A stretch of DNA of 64,000 bases from Candidatus Binatia bacterium (GCA_963666315.2 CAXXHG010000014.1:64001-128000), one strand, 5' to 3'. Counted from the first letter of the stretch, positions 28,994 to 38,853 are shown. Notes: generated by a model from the letters alone, not told the origin. Numbers and translations: made by a program.

Positions 28994-30088
28994 ATGCCAA
29001 AGTATCGTCGGGGCTGTGGCAGTGTCTATACGAAGCGCGGCTGGTGCTACATCAAATATCATGTGAATCGCGAACCCGTCACGGAATCAACAGGCACAAA
29101 GGACAAGGCAGAAGCCCGGCGCCTCCTACAGGTCCGCCTTGGTCAGGTGGCGGAAGGCCGCTTTGTCGGGCTAACGGCTGAAAGACTTACGTTTGAGGAC
29201 TTGGCCAAGGGTCTGTTGGACGACTACCGGGCTAACGACAGGAAGACTGTCTCATGGGTCGAGCGCCGTATTCACTTACACTTGGCTCCGTTCTTTCGTG
29301 GCCGAAAGGCCAAAGAAATCGCCACCCCAACCGTCACGGAGTACATTGCACGACGCCAACACGCTGGCGCGAAGAATGGCACTATCAATCTTGAACTTGC
29401 CGCCCTCAAGCGCATGTTCAGCTTAGCCGTCCAGGCCGACTATCTCGCCAAACGGCCCTACATTCCCCACCTACTGGAGAACAATGTCAGGCAGGGGTTC
29501 TTTGAGCAGCAGGAGTTTAACGCGGTTTTGGCGCATCTCCCGATGTATCTGCGACCAGTGATGACCTTAGCCTACCAGTTGGGCTGGCGTGCAAGGAGCG
29601 AAATTTTACCCCTTACCTGGGAACAGATAGATATCCAACTTGGCGCTGTGAGGTTGGAAGTCGGCAGCACCAAGAACAGAGACGGGCGCTTGATTTACTT
29701 GCCCCAATACTCGCGCAGTGTCATTGAAGACCAGTGGCGTCAGCATCAGGACTTGCATCCAGAATGCCCCTATGTCTTCCAGCGCGACGGCAACCGAATT
29801 CGTGCCTACCAACGGGCCTGGACCAAAGCGCGCCGTGAGACAGGTCTTTTAGGCAAGGTTCCCCATGACTTCGGACGGACGGCGGTGAGAAATATGGTAC
29901 GAGCAGGAATCCCTGAACGGGTGGCGATGCAGATATCCGGCCACAAGACACGGGCCATTTTTGATCGCTATCACGTCGTGTCTGACCAGGACCTAAAGGA
30001 GGCTGCGCAGAGGCTGGATCGAATGATGATCGAACCAACAGCTACCACTTTAGCTACCATCGTGCACAGCGAGCAGCTAACGCATTGA
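28994..30088 (+). CDS. int: tyrosine recombinase/integrase (HxxR altered to HDFG)
   Basis: Arm-binding N-terminus, GWR, TKN, HDFGRT, SGH, DRY; ends 24 bp before the att repeat. Confidence 0.93.
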   Translation: MPKYRRGCGSVYTKRGWCYIKYHVNREPVTESTGTKDKAEARRLLQVRLGQVAEGRFVGLTAERLTFEDLAKGLLDDYRANDRKTVSWVERRIHLHLAPFFRGRKAKEIATPTVTEYIARRQHAGAKNGTINLELAALKRMFSLAVQADYLAKRPYIPHLLENNVRQGFFEQQEFNAVLAHLPMYLRPVMTLAYQLGWRARSEILPLTWEQIDIQLGAVRLEVGSTKNRDGRLIYLPQYSRSVIEDQWRQHQDLHPECPYVFQRDGNRIRAYQRAWTKARRETGLLGKVPHDFGRTAVRNMVRAGIPERVAMQISGHKTRAIFDRYHVVSDQDLKEAAQRLDRMMIEPTATTLATIVHSEQLTH

Positions 30089-30112
30089 TTTTATGAAAGT
30101 CTGATCCGGCGT

Positions 30113-30130
30113 TCACGGTACAAACGATAC
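30113..30130 (+). repeat. att site (right direct repeat), equal to the 3' end of the ADH gene
   Basis: TCACGGTACAAACGATAC. Confidence 0.9.
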
Positions 30131-31312
30131 CTTGACCGCTCCCGAAGTCTTCTTACTCGCCGCTTCGGTCAACGCCTGCCGATACTGCTCAAGCGGATAT
30201 TTGCGAGGCCGGATCACCCTTAAATCTGCCCGCCGACGAGCAATCAAATCAACCGCTCGGACAAATGTATCCTGCCGTTTGCCCCGAAACATCTCAGCTC
30301 CATACGTCAGACTCCCAACAATGGAAATTTCTTTCATCCAAGTTGGGGTCCAATCCACGCCTTCCGGCATAGCGGCTAAACCGAGAGCGATAACACGCCC
30401 TTTGCCTTGCACCATACGAAGCGCCTGATTCAAGGTCACTGAGTTGGTGATGGTATCGTACACGAGCCGGACACCGCCAGCTAAGACCGCACCCCCGCTT
30501 GAGAGCGGGTAGACTTTGGTTTGCGCTAGGTCGCCAACCTGCGCCATGACATCATGCTTTTGGGCATCGATAGTGTGACCAGCACCAAGTCTGCGCGCGA
30601 GCCTGGCCTGAAACGGATACTTGGCCACGCATGCCACCCGACACGACGGCTCAACGGCTTTGAGCGCGGCGATATTCATGAGGCCGATAGTCCCAGCACC
30701 GATGACAACGACGAGCTCGTTACGCCGAGGTAGGTTATTCAGGACAGCACGGAGACACACAGCAAAGGGTTCAATGAGAGAGGCCTCGTCGTCATCAATC
30801 GTATCCGGCAAGGGAGTCAGCCGATGCGCAGGAGCAACAAAGTATTCCCCCCAGCCCCCGCCAGTGTCGGGACAGATGCCGATTAACAGTCCAGGGCGGA
30901 GCGTGCCCTCAGCAATATGTTCGCAGATTCCCGGATTGCCGTTGCGACATTGGAGGCAGAGTTTTCGAAAGCCACGCTCACGGCAGCCGAGCGTGGGGTC
31001 GATGGTCACCCGCTGGCCGACATAGAGCCCGTGCACGCGCTTCCCGACTGCCTCTACCTCTCCGAACAACTCATGCCCAGGAGTCATAGGCAGCTCGAAA
31101 TACGGCTCTGCCGCCTGCATGGGTTTCCATTGTAGGAAGCCAAGATCGCTCCCGCAGATGCCGGAAATTTTACTCTTGACGACCACCCAACGCTCGTTCG
31201 GCAGATCCGGCGTTGGCACATCGCGCAACTGTAGATGGGATAGACCAGGCAAAAAATCAGGCGCCGGAGGGGCACCTGTGTATGGCTTGTTAGCAAAGAC
31301 GAGTGCTTTCAT
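30113..31312 (-). CDS. zinc-dependent alcohol dehydrogenase (MDR)
   Basis: GICGSD, GHE, structural-Zn Cys cluster, GAGTIG. Confidence 0.92.
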   Translation of the reverse strand: MKALVFANKPYTGAPPAPDFLPGLSHLQLRDVPTPDLPNERWVVVKSKISGICGSDLGFLQWKPMQAAEPYFELPMTPGHELFGEVEAVGKRVHGLYVGQRVTIDPTLGCRERGFRKLCLQCRNGNPGICEHIAEGTLRPGLLIGICPDTGGGWGEYFVAPAHRLTPLPDTIDDDEASLIEPFAVCLRAVLNNLPRRNELVVVIGAGTIGLMNIAALKAVEPSCRVACVAKYPFQARLARRLGAGHTIDAQKHDVMAQVGDLAQTKVYPLSSGGAVLAGGVRLVYDTITNSVTLNQALRMVQGKGRVIALGLAAMPEGVDWTPTWMKEISIVGSLTYGAEMFRGKRQDTFVRAVDLIARRRADLRVIRPRKYPLEQYRQALTEAASKKTSGAVKVSFVP

Positions 31313-31317
31313 ACGTT

Positions 31318-32025
31318 CTACACTGTCTGCAAAAGCTGGCAGATCGCGTCAGTCTTCCGTACTCGGCCAAAGGCCAGGCTAAACGCTTGGAGGGCGGAAC
31401 GATGCAGGTCCGGGCTAAAAGCGCTACACCCATCTTCAGCAATAATGACCTGAAATCCACGGTCAGCCGCATCCCGTGCGGTGGTTTCCACACATACGTC
31501 GGTAGTCACGCCACTGACGATCAACGAGTCGATACCCATATTGCGCAGGGTTTGGTCGAGCATCGTAGAATTGAACGCCCCACTCGACGTTTTGTTAATC
31601 ACCAGTTCATCCGGAAGAGGGGCCAGGCTCTCATCGATCTGCCAGCTTTCCTCATCCACGGTCGGGAACATGCGGTGGCCCAGAACGTCTACGCTGAGCT
31701 GATCGAGCGCTTTCCATATCGCATTGAGATCCTGTCCGTCTTTGAGACACGAGCCTATGGCCGTGTATATGATAGGCAGCTTTTGTGCCCGGAAGCATTC
31801 CTGAAGTCGTTTGATATTTGGGATAACGGTTGCATTCACTCGCTCGCAATAGCCTGTCGTTACACCTGGAACAAGTTTCTCAAACGTCTGCATCAATGGA
31901 TAATGCGGGCTCACAAAATAGCGCTGCATATCAATAACCAGCAACGCAGTCTTGGACGGGTCCAGCGTGATTGGTACCTGGTCTTTCAATCGGATAATCT
32001 CAAGAATTTTTTCGTGGTCAGTCAT
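31318..32025 (-). CDS. isochorismatase-family cysteine hydrolase
   Basis: LVIDMQ, INKTSSGAF, GVTTDVCVETTARDA. Confidence 0.92.
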   Translation of the reverse strand: MTDHEKILEIIRLKDQVPITLDPSKTALLVIDMQRYFVSPHYPLMQTFEKLVPGVTTGYCERVNATVIPNIKRLQECFRAQKLPIIYTAIGSCLKDGQDLNAIWKALDQLSVDVLGHRMFPTVDEESWQIDESLAPLPDELVINKTSSGAFNSTMLDQTLRNMGIDSLIVSGVTTDVCVETTARDAADRGFQVIIAEDGCSAFSPDLHRSALQAFSLAFGRVRKTDAICQLLQTV

Positions 32026-32250
32026 GCTCCCCCCATCCAGGCTCTGTCCAGACTCCATCCAGGCTCCAGCCATAATGTAGAAGCATCGGGAGTCTCCAGG
32101 TCAGGTGCTCTGTCTGCCCTCTCTCTTTAGACGAAGTAGGGGTTGGGTGCAAGAAAGAGGGAGCATTGCGAGAGACACAGGTTTTTGTCATGATCGTCCG
32201 GTCTGTCCATCAGAGTAATGCAGGCAGGCCAAAGAACGGAAAGGAACGGC

Positions 32251-32793
32251 ATGGCGCATATCACGGCACGGGAATTCGATACCTTTATTCGCCTCTTAAC
32301 AGAACATTATGGCCTCACATTCGTTCATGAGCGTTTGCTCAAGGCAAACGTCTTAGTATCCCGCAAACGCCCCTCAGGCTGGCAACCGCTTGCCTCTCAA
32401 CTGTATCAATTGAGCGCAGGTCTGCGCCGCGATCACCCTGCCCGGTATGCCGTCGAACTGCTGTGGCAGGACATGATTTCCAGCCAAACGGGAGAAGATC
32501 AGCAGGAAATCCTGGATACCTTGGCCAAGCGAATCAATGACTGTTTAACGGAAAAGTTTGCAGTCATCCCAGAGAAACAGGCGGACCTCGTTTCAGCCCT
32601 GGGCGCCTACCAGCGAGCGATTGCCGCACTCTCAACGGCTGACGCCGCGTACACTGAAATACTCCTACGCGCCTCGACTGACGTCGCCACGTTTCTACGC
32701 GACCATAAAGAGGAAGTCCTGGCAGCGGCCCCAGTTCCAGCTGAAACGCCGGCGGAGCGTACTAATGCACCCGTACAGGAAGAAAAAGAATAG
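32251..32793 (+). CDS. hypothetical protein
   Basis: AAGGAA before ATG; helical ORF. Confidence 0.7.
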   Translation: MAHITAREFDTFIRLLTEHYGLTFVHERLLKANVLVSRKRPSGWQPLASQLYQLSAGLRRDHPARYAVELLWQDMISSQTGEDQQEILDTLAKRINDCLTEKFAVIPEKQADLVSALGAYQRAIAALSTADAAYTEILLRASTDVATFLRDHKEEVLAAAPVPAETPAERTNAPVQEEKE

Positions 32794-32839
32794 GACAGGG
32801 GTGAGGTCTACAAACTTCGTAGGGCTACAAGTTCGAAAG

Positions 32840-33442
32840 CTACGAACTTGTAGTATTCTGCGCCTCGAGGCCCTTTTTTAAAGCACGCACTGTTGACACA
32901 AAGGTCTCGCGAGCAGCACTTTTTTGCAAAGAGAGCGGCACCGGTAAGCTCACTTTGCCTTTGACAACCGCAGAATAGGTCAGCAGCGTTTTTGCCCCGT
33001 CTGGCGAAGGGGTAAAATGATATTCCCCTTGGATGTCGCTCAGTTGACTTTCAACGCTTTTAATCAGCACCCGGTTCTCGTCTGAAATAAAGGTAAACTC
33101 CAGGCTCAGGCGCTGCGGCTGTCCGAGCAGCTCAAGCTCAAACAGCACGAGCTTACTATTTCCTTGGGCCTTGAGCAGCCGCGATACGCGGACGGTCTCA
33201 CTGAATTCAGCGATCCGTTCCGGCTCGGAAAAAGCCTGCCAGATATCCGCGATCGGCGTATCAAGTCGGGAAGTGAACTCCATCGTCATGGTATCGGCCT
33301 GCTTATCGAGTTTCTCGCTCAGGATTTCCTCAGACGGGCCCTCCCACTCAAGTGCGGCCATCCGCAGCTGATAAAAGCGCCAGCCGAAAAAACCTAGACC
33401 GACAATGAGCACGGCCGCAAGGCCTAGGAATAGCTTTTTCAT
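32840..33442 (-). CDS. membrane-anchored SRPBCC/START-like protein
   Basis: N-terminal TM; IWQAFSEPE helix-grip pattern. Confidence 0.7.
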   Translation of the reverse strand: MKKLFLGLAAVLIVGLGFFGWRFYQLRMAALEWEGPSEEILSEKLDKQADTMTMEFTSRLDTPIADIWQAFSEPERIAEFSETVRVSRLLKAQGNSKLVLFELELLGQPQRLSLEFTFISDENRVLIKSVESQLSDIQGEYHFTPSPDGAKTLLTYSAVVKGKVSLPVPLSLQKSAARETFVSTVRALKKGLEAQNTTSS

Positions 33443-33843
33443 CGAGAGAGTTGTGCTGTTCTGGAAAGCTCGGCAGACGGAGCCAGCGTCCTGGCAGCCG
33501 GCGTCATCCGCATGTTATCAGCCGATGGAATAGGGGCGCTAAAATAGATCGTCTCCTCTCCCCGGATATGACTCCGATTGAGGATGTAATCTCCACCCAG
33601 AGAGGGATTCCACACCCGCTCTGCGACCTGATAATTCCCCCCGGTCAACACATAAGCAAAGCCGCCGGTAATGCCACCAAGGGTAGCGTAGGCGAGTTTG
33701 GCCGGCACATAAAACACGTTTGCTGCCACCGTTGCTGTTCCAACACCCGCATCCTCAATATAATCGGCAGATACGGGCGCCGAGGCGCTTAACACGAGTC
33801 CTAGCAAAGTCCCACACAACCCTACTCGTAATACTTGTCCCAT
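33439..33843 (-). CDS. hypothetical exported protein
   Basis: Signal peptide; NVFYVPAKLAYA; ATGA overlap with the next gene. Confidence 0.7.
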   Translation of the reverse strand: MGQVLRVGLCGTLLGLVLSASAPVSADYIEDAGVGTATVAANVFYVPAKLAYATLGGITGGFAYVLTGGNYQVAERVWNPSLGGDYILNRSHIRGEETIYFSAPIPSADNMRMTPAARTLAPSAELSRTAQLSR

Positions 33844-33856
33844 GGCTTCCTCCTCA

Positions 33857-34603
33857 TCATCCTTCCGTTTTCACCACACACCCTTGGGGGAGCAAACTGA
33901 GTAAATGGGTAAACGCCCGGTCAACGTAATTCTTATCCTTTGACTCAAGCGTAATTTTTACCCGATATTCCGGATCATTGTTCTTGGGATAGGACCCGAG
34001 CAACAAGTCTGGAAATTCACCCAGAGTCTCATTCAGAAACACTGCTATCCTACTCTCATATTCTCGCGTGTACAATACTTTGAGATGATATGGGTCGGCA
34101 GCAAAACGACTCTTGAGCGCCAAAAATTTCTGCCGGAAGATCTCAGGGATACCCGGCAGGATATAAATATTCTCAGCCTTAATTGTCGGAAAGCGAATCT
34201 TCCCATCTGCAATCAGCTCAGCGCCTTCGGGCGTATCGGCCATCTTCAAGTACGCATCATTCGCAGGCCGGCCATTGAGATATTTTCGTAATTTTTCTTC
34301 TAATACCGGATGACGAATGACCTTCTGCTGCAGTGCCCGCGCGACCCCTTCGATAGTGATATCGTCGTGCGTCGGACCAATGCCTCCGGAGGTAAACACC
34401 ACATCGAACTGCTGGTGAAAGTCGCGCACGGTTGCCGCGATCACATCGAGCTCGTCAGGAATAACGATGACCCGTTTGAGCGTGACCCCAACCTGTCGGA
34501 GTTCTTTGGCTAAAAAAGGCGAATTGGAATCGACCGTCTTGCCCGACAAGATTTCATTTCCAATGATAACGATCCCGGCATCAAGTTCTTGCACAGCTTG
34601 CAC
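33857..34603 (-). CDS. CinA-like molybdopterin-binding domain protein
   Basis: IIGNEILSGKTVDSN, TSGGIGPTHDDIT, LPGIP. Confidence 0.9.
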   Translation of the reverse strand: MQAVQELDAGIVIIGNEILSGKTVDSNSPFLAKELRQVGVTLKRVIVIPDELDVIAATVRDFHQQFDVVFTSGGIGPTHDDITIEGVARALQQKVIRHPVLEEKLRKYLNGRPANDAYLKMADTPEGAELIADGKIRFPTIKAENIYILPGIPEIFRQKFLALKSRFAADPYHLKVLYTREYESRIAVFLNETLGEFPDLLLGSYPKNNDPEYRVKITLESKDKNYVDRAFTHLLSLLPQGCVVKTEG

Positions 34604-34641
34604 TATAAACCGATTTTTCGTTGGCTGGCAAGATTTACGCT

Positions 34642-35637
34642 TTAGCCCCTATCAGTCAGGCCAATATTCAAATCTGTCAGGTCAGGGAGCTGGCGCAGCA
34701 AATACTCTTTCAGCTTTTTCTTGAGCCGGCTTTCGAGCTGACGTACCCGCTCACGACTAATCCCATACTGATCACCAATATCCTGGAGCGTCAGGGGCTC
34801 TTCGGCTAAAAGTCGTTGGTTGAAGATAACCTCTTCTTTGCCTTCCAGCATACATGCAAAGTCGGCCATTTTCTGACTAATCAACTGCCGGTACTCAGAG
34901 GTCGATACTTCTTCTTCTGCTGTGAGACCCTTATCAGCGAGAAAATCCAGAAAAGTTGTGGACCCGTCTCCGGCATCGATCGGGGCATCAACCGAGAGGT
35001 CACGGGACGCCATCCGCTGCTCCATCTCCACGACCTCGTGTTCTTTCACCCCAAGGTTTTGAGCGAGTAATTTTGGCGCCGGCGAAAATCCCTCAGCCTC
35101 AAGCCGATCTTTTTCTCGTTGCAGATTAAAAAATAGTTTTCGCTGGGCTTGGGTCGTGCCCAATTTCACCATGCGCCAGTTATTCATAATGTAGCGAATA
35201 ATATAGGCTCGAACCCACCAGACTGCGTAGGACGGGAACCGGACCCCGCGGTACGGGTCGAACTTTCGTATGGCATCCATCAGGCCGACATTTCCTTCTT
35301 GAATCAAATCGAGCAAATTGCGAAACGCACGCTGATAGCTACGCGCAATCATGACCACTAAGCGCAGATTTGCGGTCACCAGACGGTAGGCAGCCTGAAC
35401 ATCCCCGTACTCTTTATATTGCACTGCAAGCTCATGCTCTTCTTCACGAGAAAGCAGAGGACAACGACGAATCTCAGCCATATAGCGACTCAGGGAATCC
35501 GTAGGAACAAGAGCGGTCTCCGTCTCGGAGGTGTCTTCTTCTACGGGCCCACTGACTTCGACAGGCGACGCAGGCTCTGAGTGGCCGCCTTCAGCGGCAA
35601 CGGGGACAGCAGTGCTATCTGTGACCTGACGTTTCAT
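34642..35637 (-). CDS. rpoH: RNA polymerase sigma-32 factor
   Basis: DLIQEGNVGLM, RpoH box QRKLFFNL, ISRERVRQLE. Confidence 0.9.
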   Translation of the reverse strand: MKRQVTDSTAVPVAAEGGHSEPASPVEVSGPVEEDTSETETALVPTDSLSRYMAEIRRCPLLSREEEHELAVQYKEYGDVQAAYRLVTANLRLVVMIARSYQRAFRNLLDLIQEGNVGLMDAIRKFDPYRGVRFPSYAVWWVRAYIIRYIMNNWRMVKLGTTQAQRKLFFNLQREKDRLEAEGFSPAPKLLAQNLGVKEHEVVEMEQRMASRDLSVDAPIDAGDGSTTFLDFLADKGLTAEEEVSTSEYRQLISQKMADFACMLEGKEEVIFNQRLLAEEPLTLQDIGDQYGISRERVRQLESRLKKKLKEYLLRQLPDLTDLNIGLTDRG

Positions 35638-35766
35638 TGGATCAATAGTCTTTACTGACCGGAAAGAAAGGATGAACGGCCCGCGCTATACCGTGCGTCT
35701 AGATCTCAGTGGAACAAAGAGAAGGCAGCTTCTACACATAAGAGACGGTAGAAAGGGCTTATAAGC

Positions 35767-35976
35767 CTATGTTTCTTCGATCTGCTCCAGCGGATCTTCC
35801 TTCCACACTTTTCCAGCGGCAATCTCGCGCAGCGCCGTCACCACCTCTTTATTATCCGTTTTCACCAGAGGCAGAGCTCCTTTGAGTAAGTCTTTGGCTC
35901 GCTGTGAGGCAATCACAACGAGTTCAAACCGATTAGGAATTCGAGCTAAACAGTCCTCAACCGTAATACGCGCCAT
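35767..35976 (-). CDS. rpoZ: RNA polymerase omega subunit
   Basis: [10 protein letters not shown]...NRFELV...QRAK...ALREIA. Confidence 0.96.
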   Translation of the reverse strand: MARITVEDCLARIPNRFELVVIASQRAKDLLKGALPLVKTDNKEVVTALREIAAGKVWKEDPLEQIEET

Positions 35977-36123
35977 TCTGACTCTTCCTTATGTAGATAA
36001 AGTGGGGGGTCCGACCTCGTATTATACTCGTTTACCCGCGAAAAGAAAGGAAGCAAGAAACCGAGCGTTTTCTGACCTTGACAAGCGATACGGAGAACGG
36101 TACTTCCGGGCCGGGAGAAAATT

Positions 36124-36594
36124 ATGGGGTTTTGGGAACGTCTTGTTGGCTCTGAACAACCACAGCATAAAGATCAGCGCCTTTTACTACCGGAGCTTTT
36201 GACAAACTATCAAGCCGAAAGACAGCTTGCCAAGCAAATTCAAGTGCATGCAGAGCTTTCGCCACATCAAGCGGGAGCAGACCAGCTCCGTGCAGCAGCG
36301 GAAGAACAAGACCGTATCGCTACACTCCTTCAAGACAAGATTGTTGAACTCGGAGGTGAGTGCCAGGAAGGTGAGGCGACTCCAAAAGAAGGTCAGAACC
36401 ACTGGGCCCGGGTCGTCCACGACTTAGGGGACAGCAAAGCACTCACCCAAAAGTATAACGAACAGGCCATCTATTGGGACCCGGATGTCCCGGGTGTGGC
36501 TGAGTTCTTCTTTACCCTGGAGAGAGACAAGCAGCGCTTGAATGCCCTGCTACGCGATATCGCGCTCCGAGCCGATCCGCACGCCCTCGACTAG
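36124..36594 (+). CDS. ferritin-like domain protein
   Basis: Four-helix pattern with E/H residues, IVELGG. Confidence 0.55.
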   Translation: MGFWERLVGSEQPQHKDQRLLLPELLTNYQAERQLAKQIQVHAELSPHQAGADQLRAAAEEQDRIATLLQDKIVELGGECQEGEATPKEGQNHWARVVHDLGDSKALTQKYNEQAIYWDPDVPGVAEFFFTLERDKQRLNALLRDIALRADPHALD

Positions 36595-36628
36595 ACACCG
36601 CGGTCTTCTTGATCTCTCTGCGTCGGCT

Positions 36629-37222
36629 TTATTCTTCATCTTCCTGAAGCGCAAGATGATCCCGACTCATCGCACGGGGTGCGAAATGCCCTTGGACTGA
36701 TGCAGCGGATGGAGGCGTCCAATTTTGGCCCTGTCCAGAGCGGAGGGCGTTCTGCTGGTCCTTGGGGCGCGCGGTTGATGATTGATCTCGCCGCCACGAC
36801 TTGTTTCGGCCTTGGCTGCCACCCGAAGATTTGAGTCGATTACCGATAAATCCGACCCGCTCTTCGATCCGATGCAGTGTTCCCGTCACTGCTCCAAGCT
36901 GCTCTCCAATATTCTTCTGCATGAGCTTTGCAAACAAAGCGCCGAGAGTCTCTGGTGTCATCTCTGTTGTTGGCGACTTCGCTGTCAGCGCCGTCCGCAA
37001 TGCTCCCATTTCAGCAACGAGCGCTGATAATCCCTGCGAGAATTTCTCCTCCAATGTTTCCAGCCGTTGCTGTAATGCCACGATTGTCTCCTGCACCGGA
37101 GGCTTATTCGTAACACGAGTCCGCTTTACCGGACTCTTTCGCGTACGACTGCTCGTCTTTTTCGCTGCAGCAGTCTTTTTTACCGTTAATCCGCTCGTGG
37201 ATTTCGAGGCTGCCTTTGCCAT
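36629..37222 (-). CDS. hypothetical protein with Lys/Ala-rich N-terminus and coiled coil
   Basis: AAGGAA RBS before ATG 37222. Confidence 0.65.
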   Translation of the reverse strand: MAKAASKSTSGLTVKKTAAAKKTSSRTRKSPVKRTRVTNKPPVQETIVALQQRLETLEEKFSQGLSALVAEMGALRTALTAKSPTTEMTPETLGALFAKLMQKNIGEQLGAVTGTLHRIEERVGFIGNRLKSSGGSQGRNKSWRRDQSSTARPKDQQNALRSGQGQNWTPPSAASVQGHFAPRAMSRDHLALQEDEE

Positions 37223-37286
37223 GCCGTTCCTTTCTTGTCGTTCATACAAAATGAACAGGAAGGATGAGGAGCACATCTCCCGCACC

Positions 37287-37499
37287 CTAAATCATGTTTG
37301 TCGAATACTCCACTAATTCCCCAAGTTTGCAGATTTTACTGGCTCGGACCGCCCGTTCATGGGGCGGAGCCTGCCCAAATTCTTCAAGATGGCGATGGAG
37401 GCTGTGTTCCAGGATCTCCACACATTGGGTGGCCATCACCTGTTGCTGCTCACGACGACGAGCTTGCAAAATCTTGTGCAGATGAATGATCTCAGCCAC
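37287..37499 (-). CDS. small hypothetical protein
   Basis: 70 aa ORF within a co-directional run. Confidence 0.55.
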   Translation of the reverse strand: MAEIIHLHKILQARRREQQQVMATQCVEILEHSLHRHLEEFGQAPPHERAVRASKICKLGELVEYSTNMI

Positions 37500-37527
37500 G
37501 ATCCGAACTCAATCTGTTGAGTCCCCC

Positions 37528-38292
37528 CTATGGCAGGGGACTCCGGGGTTGCTCGTGGCGACGCCAGCCACCTCCAGCATACCACTCAATTTGATGCGCA
37601 ATCCCAAGGAAGATACGCACGTCTCTATCCTCTAACCCTGCCCTACCGAGAATCCGACGCAAGGCAAGCATGATATGGTCGGGATTATCACGGTGCAAAA
37701 ACCCTACCCGCAGTAGGGCGACTTTGAGTCTTTCATACATGAGCTCCTGCCGCTCAGCGACAGCCAACGGCCCAAGAGCCGCAGGAAAATCTTCGGTAGA
37801 CTCATTTCCGACAGCTCGAAAGACGCTATAACAACACAGGAGGACTGCTTGCGCCATGTTGAGTGAGGAAAAGGCCGGATCAGTCGGAATCGTCAGGAGT
37901 TTATGACAACAGCGCAGATCCTCGTTGGTCAAACCACTATCCTCCGGACCAAAAACGAAAGCAACACGATTGGTTTTCAGCGCTGCAGCGATTTCAGGCG
38001 CAAGCACTTCGGGAAAACGGGTCCCCTCCCGATACAATCCGGCTCGACACGTCGTTCCAACCACTAAGCCACACGCACTCACCGCTGCACGCAGAGAGTC
38101 GTACTCCTGCATATTATCTAAGACATCCCTGGCATGGACCGCCATGGCGTCGGCCCAGTCGCGTCGAATCGGGGCTGGATCGACGAGCATCAGATCTTGA
38201 ACACCAAAATTTCGCATTGCACGCGCCGCAGCACCGATATTTCCAGAATATTTCGGTCGGACAAGAACAATGCGCAGCCTTGCTAAACTCAT
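37528..38292 (-). CDS. trmJ: TrmJ/LasT family RNA methyltransferase (SPOUT)
   Basis: GNIGAAARAMRNFG, FGPEDSGL, SLNMAQAV. Confidence 0.88.
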   Translation of the reverse strand: MSLARLRIVLVRPKYSGNIGAAARAMRNFGVQDLMLVDPAPIRRDWADAMAVHARDVLDNMQEYDSLRAAVSACGLVVGTTCRAGLYREGTRFPEVLAPEIAAALKTNRVAFVFGPEDSGLTNEDLRCCHKLLTIPTDPAFSSLNMAQAVLLCCYSVFRAVGNESTEDFPAALGPLAVAERQELMYERLKVALLRVGFLHRDNPDHIMLALRRILGRAGLEDRDVRIFLGIAHQIEWYAGGGWRRHEQPRSPLP

Positions 38293-38396
38293 AGACAGTA
38301 CTGACCGACAGCCTGATTGGCATCATGTCGATCGTGAACGGGAGGCCTGGACTGTTCAGCAAATGCGGTGAGGAAACGGTCACCACACTGACGCTG

Positions 38397-38693
38397 CTAA
38401 CGCTTATTGACAGAGACTCTCGGCGAGTTGCCGTCACGTCGTTGCTCACGCAGCCAACGCATAAGCGCTTCTCGTTCTACATACCGCCTGTGATGGCGTG
38501 CATGGCCTTCCCGATAGACGATATCCGCTTCAAGTAGTTCTTCCAGATAACGATGGAGGGGGTAGGACCCCTCTCCTTCCCCCATCTCCTGCAATACCCC
38601 ACGGAGGCGGTCCAGCCATTCGCCGTCGAGTTGCATCTCCACTCGTAACGGTCGACCAATGGCGAGTACTTTAGATCGGATGCCTCTCTGCAT
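38397..38693 (-). CDS. small hypothetical protein
   Basis: 98 aa ORF of plausible composition. Confidence 0.45.
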   Translation of the reverse strand: MQRGIRSKVLAIGRPLRVEMQLDGEWLDRLRGVLQEMGEGEGSYPLHRYLEELLEADIVYREGHARHHRRYVEREALMRWLREQRRDGNSPRVSVNKR

Positions 38694-38853
38694 GCGTGTA
38701 CCATATTCCGTGGGAGCCCGTAGTATCTCCTGATTCTGCCCGCTTTTGCAAGACCGGGGGTTGCTTCAGAGGACCAGCCCTCAAATATTTGCATTACCCT
38801 TGACAAGGGAATCGACTACAACCCTGGTCTCCTATACACTCTAAGACCTCCTT

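Larger units (their letters stand above)
12183..30130. mobile_element. integrative genomic island inserted in the 3' end of a Zn-dependent ADH gene
   Basis: Perfect 18-bp direct repeat at 12183-12200 and 30113-30130 (23/24 over 12177-12200 vs 30107-30130); integrase next to the right repeat; xis/primase/DUF3987 core. Confidence 0.9.

Noticed and set aside
25767-30088. Calling the island a prophage or ICE
   Set aside because: No structural, lysis, relaxase or T4SS genes lie between the att sites.
31303-32130. 275-aa + strand ORF and similar long antisense ORFs (e.g. 13900-14541, 51895-52533, 60913-61536)
   Set aside because: They are shadows of well-supported genes on the opposite strand.
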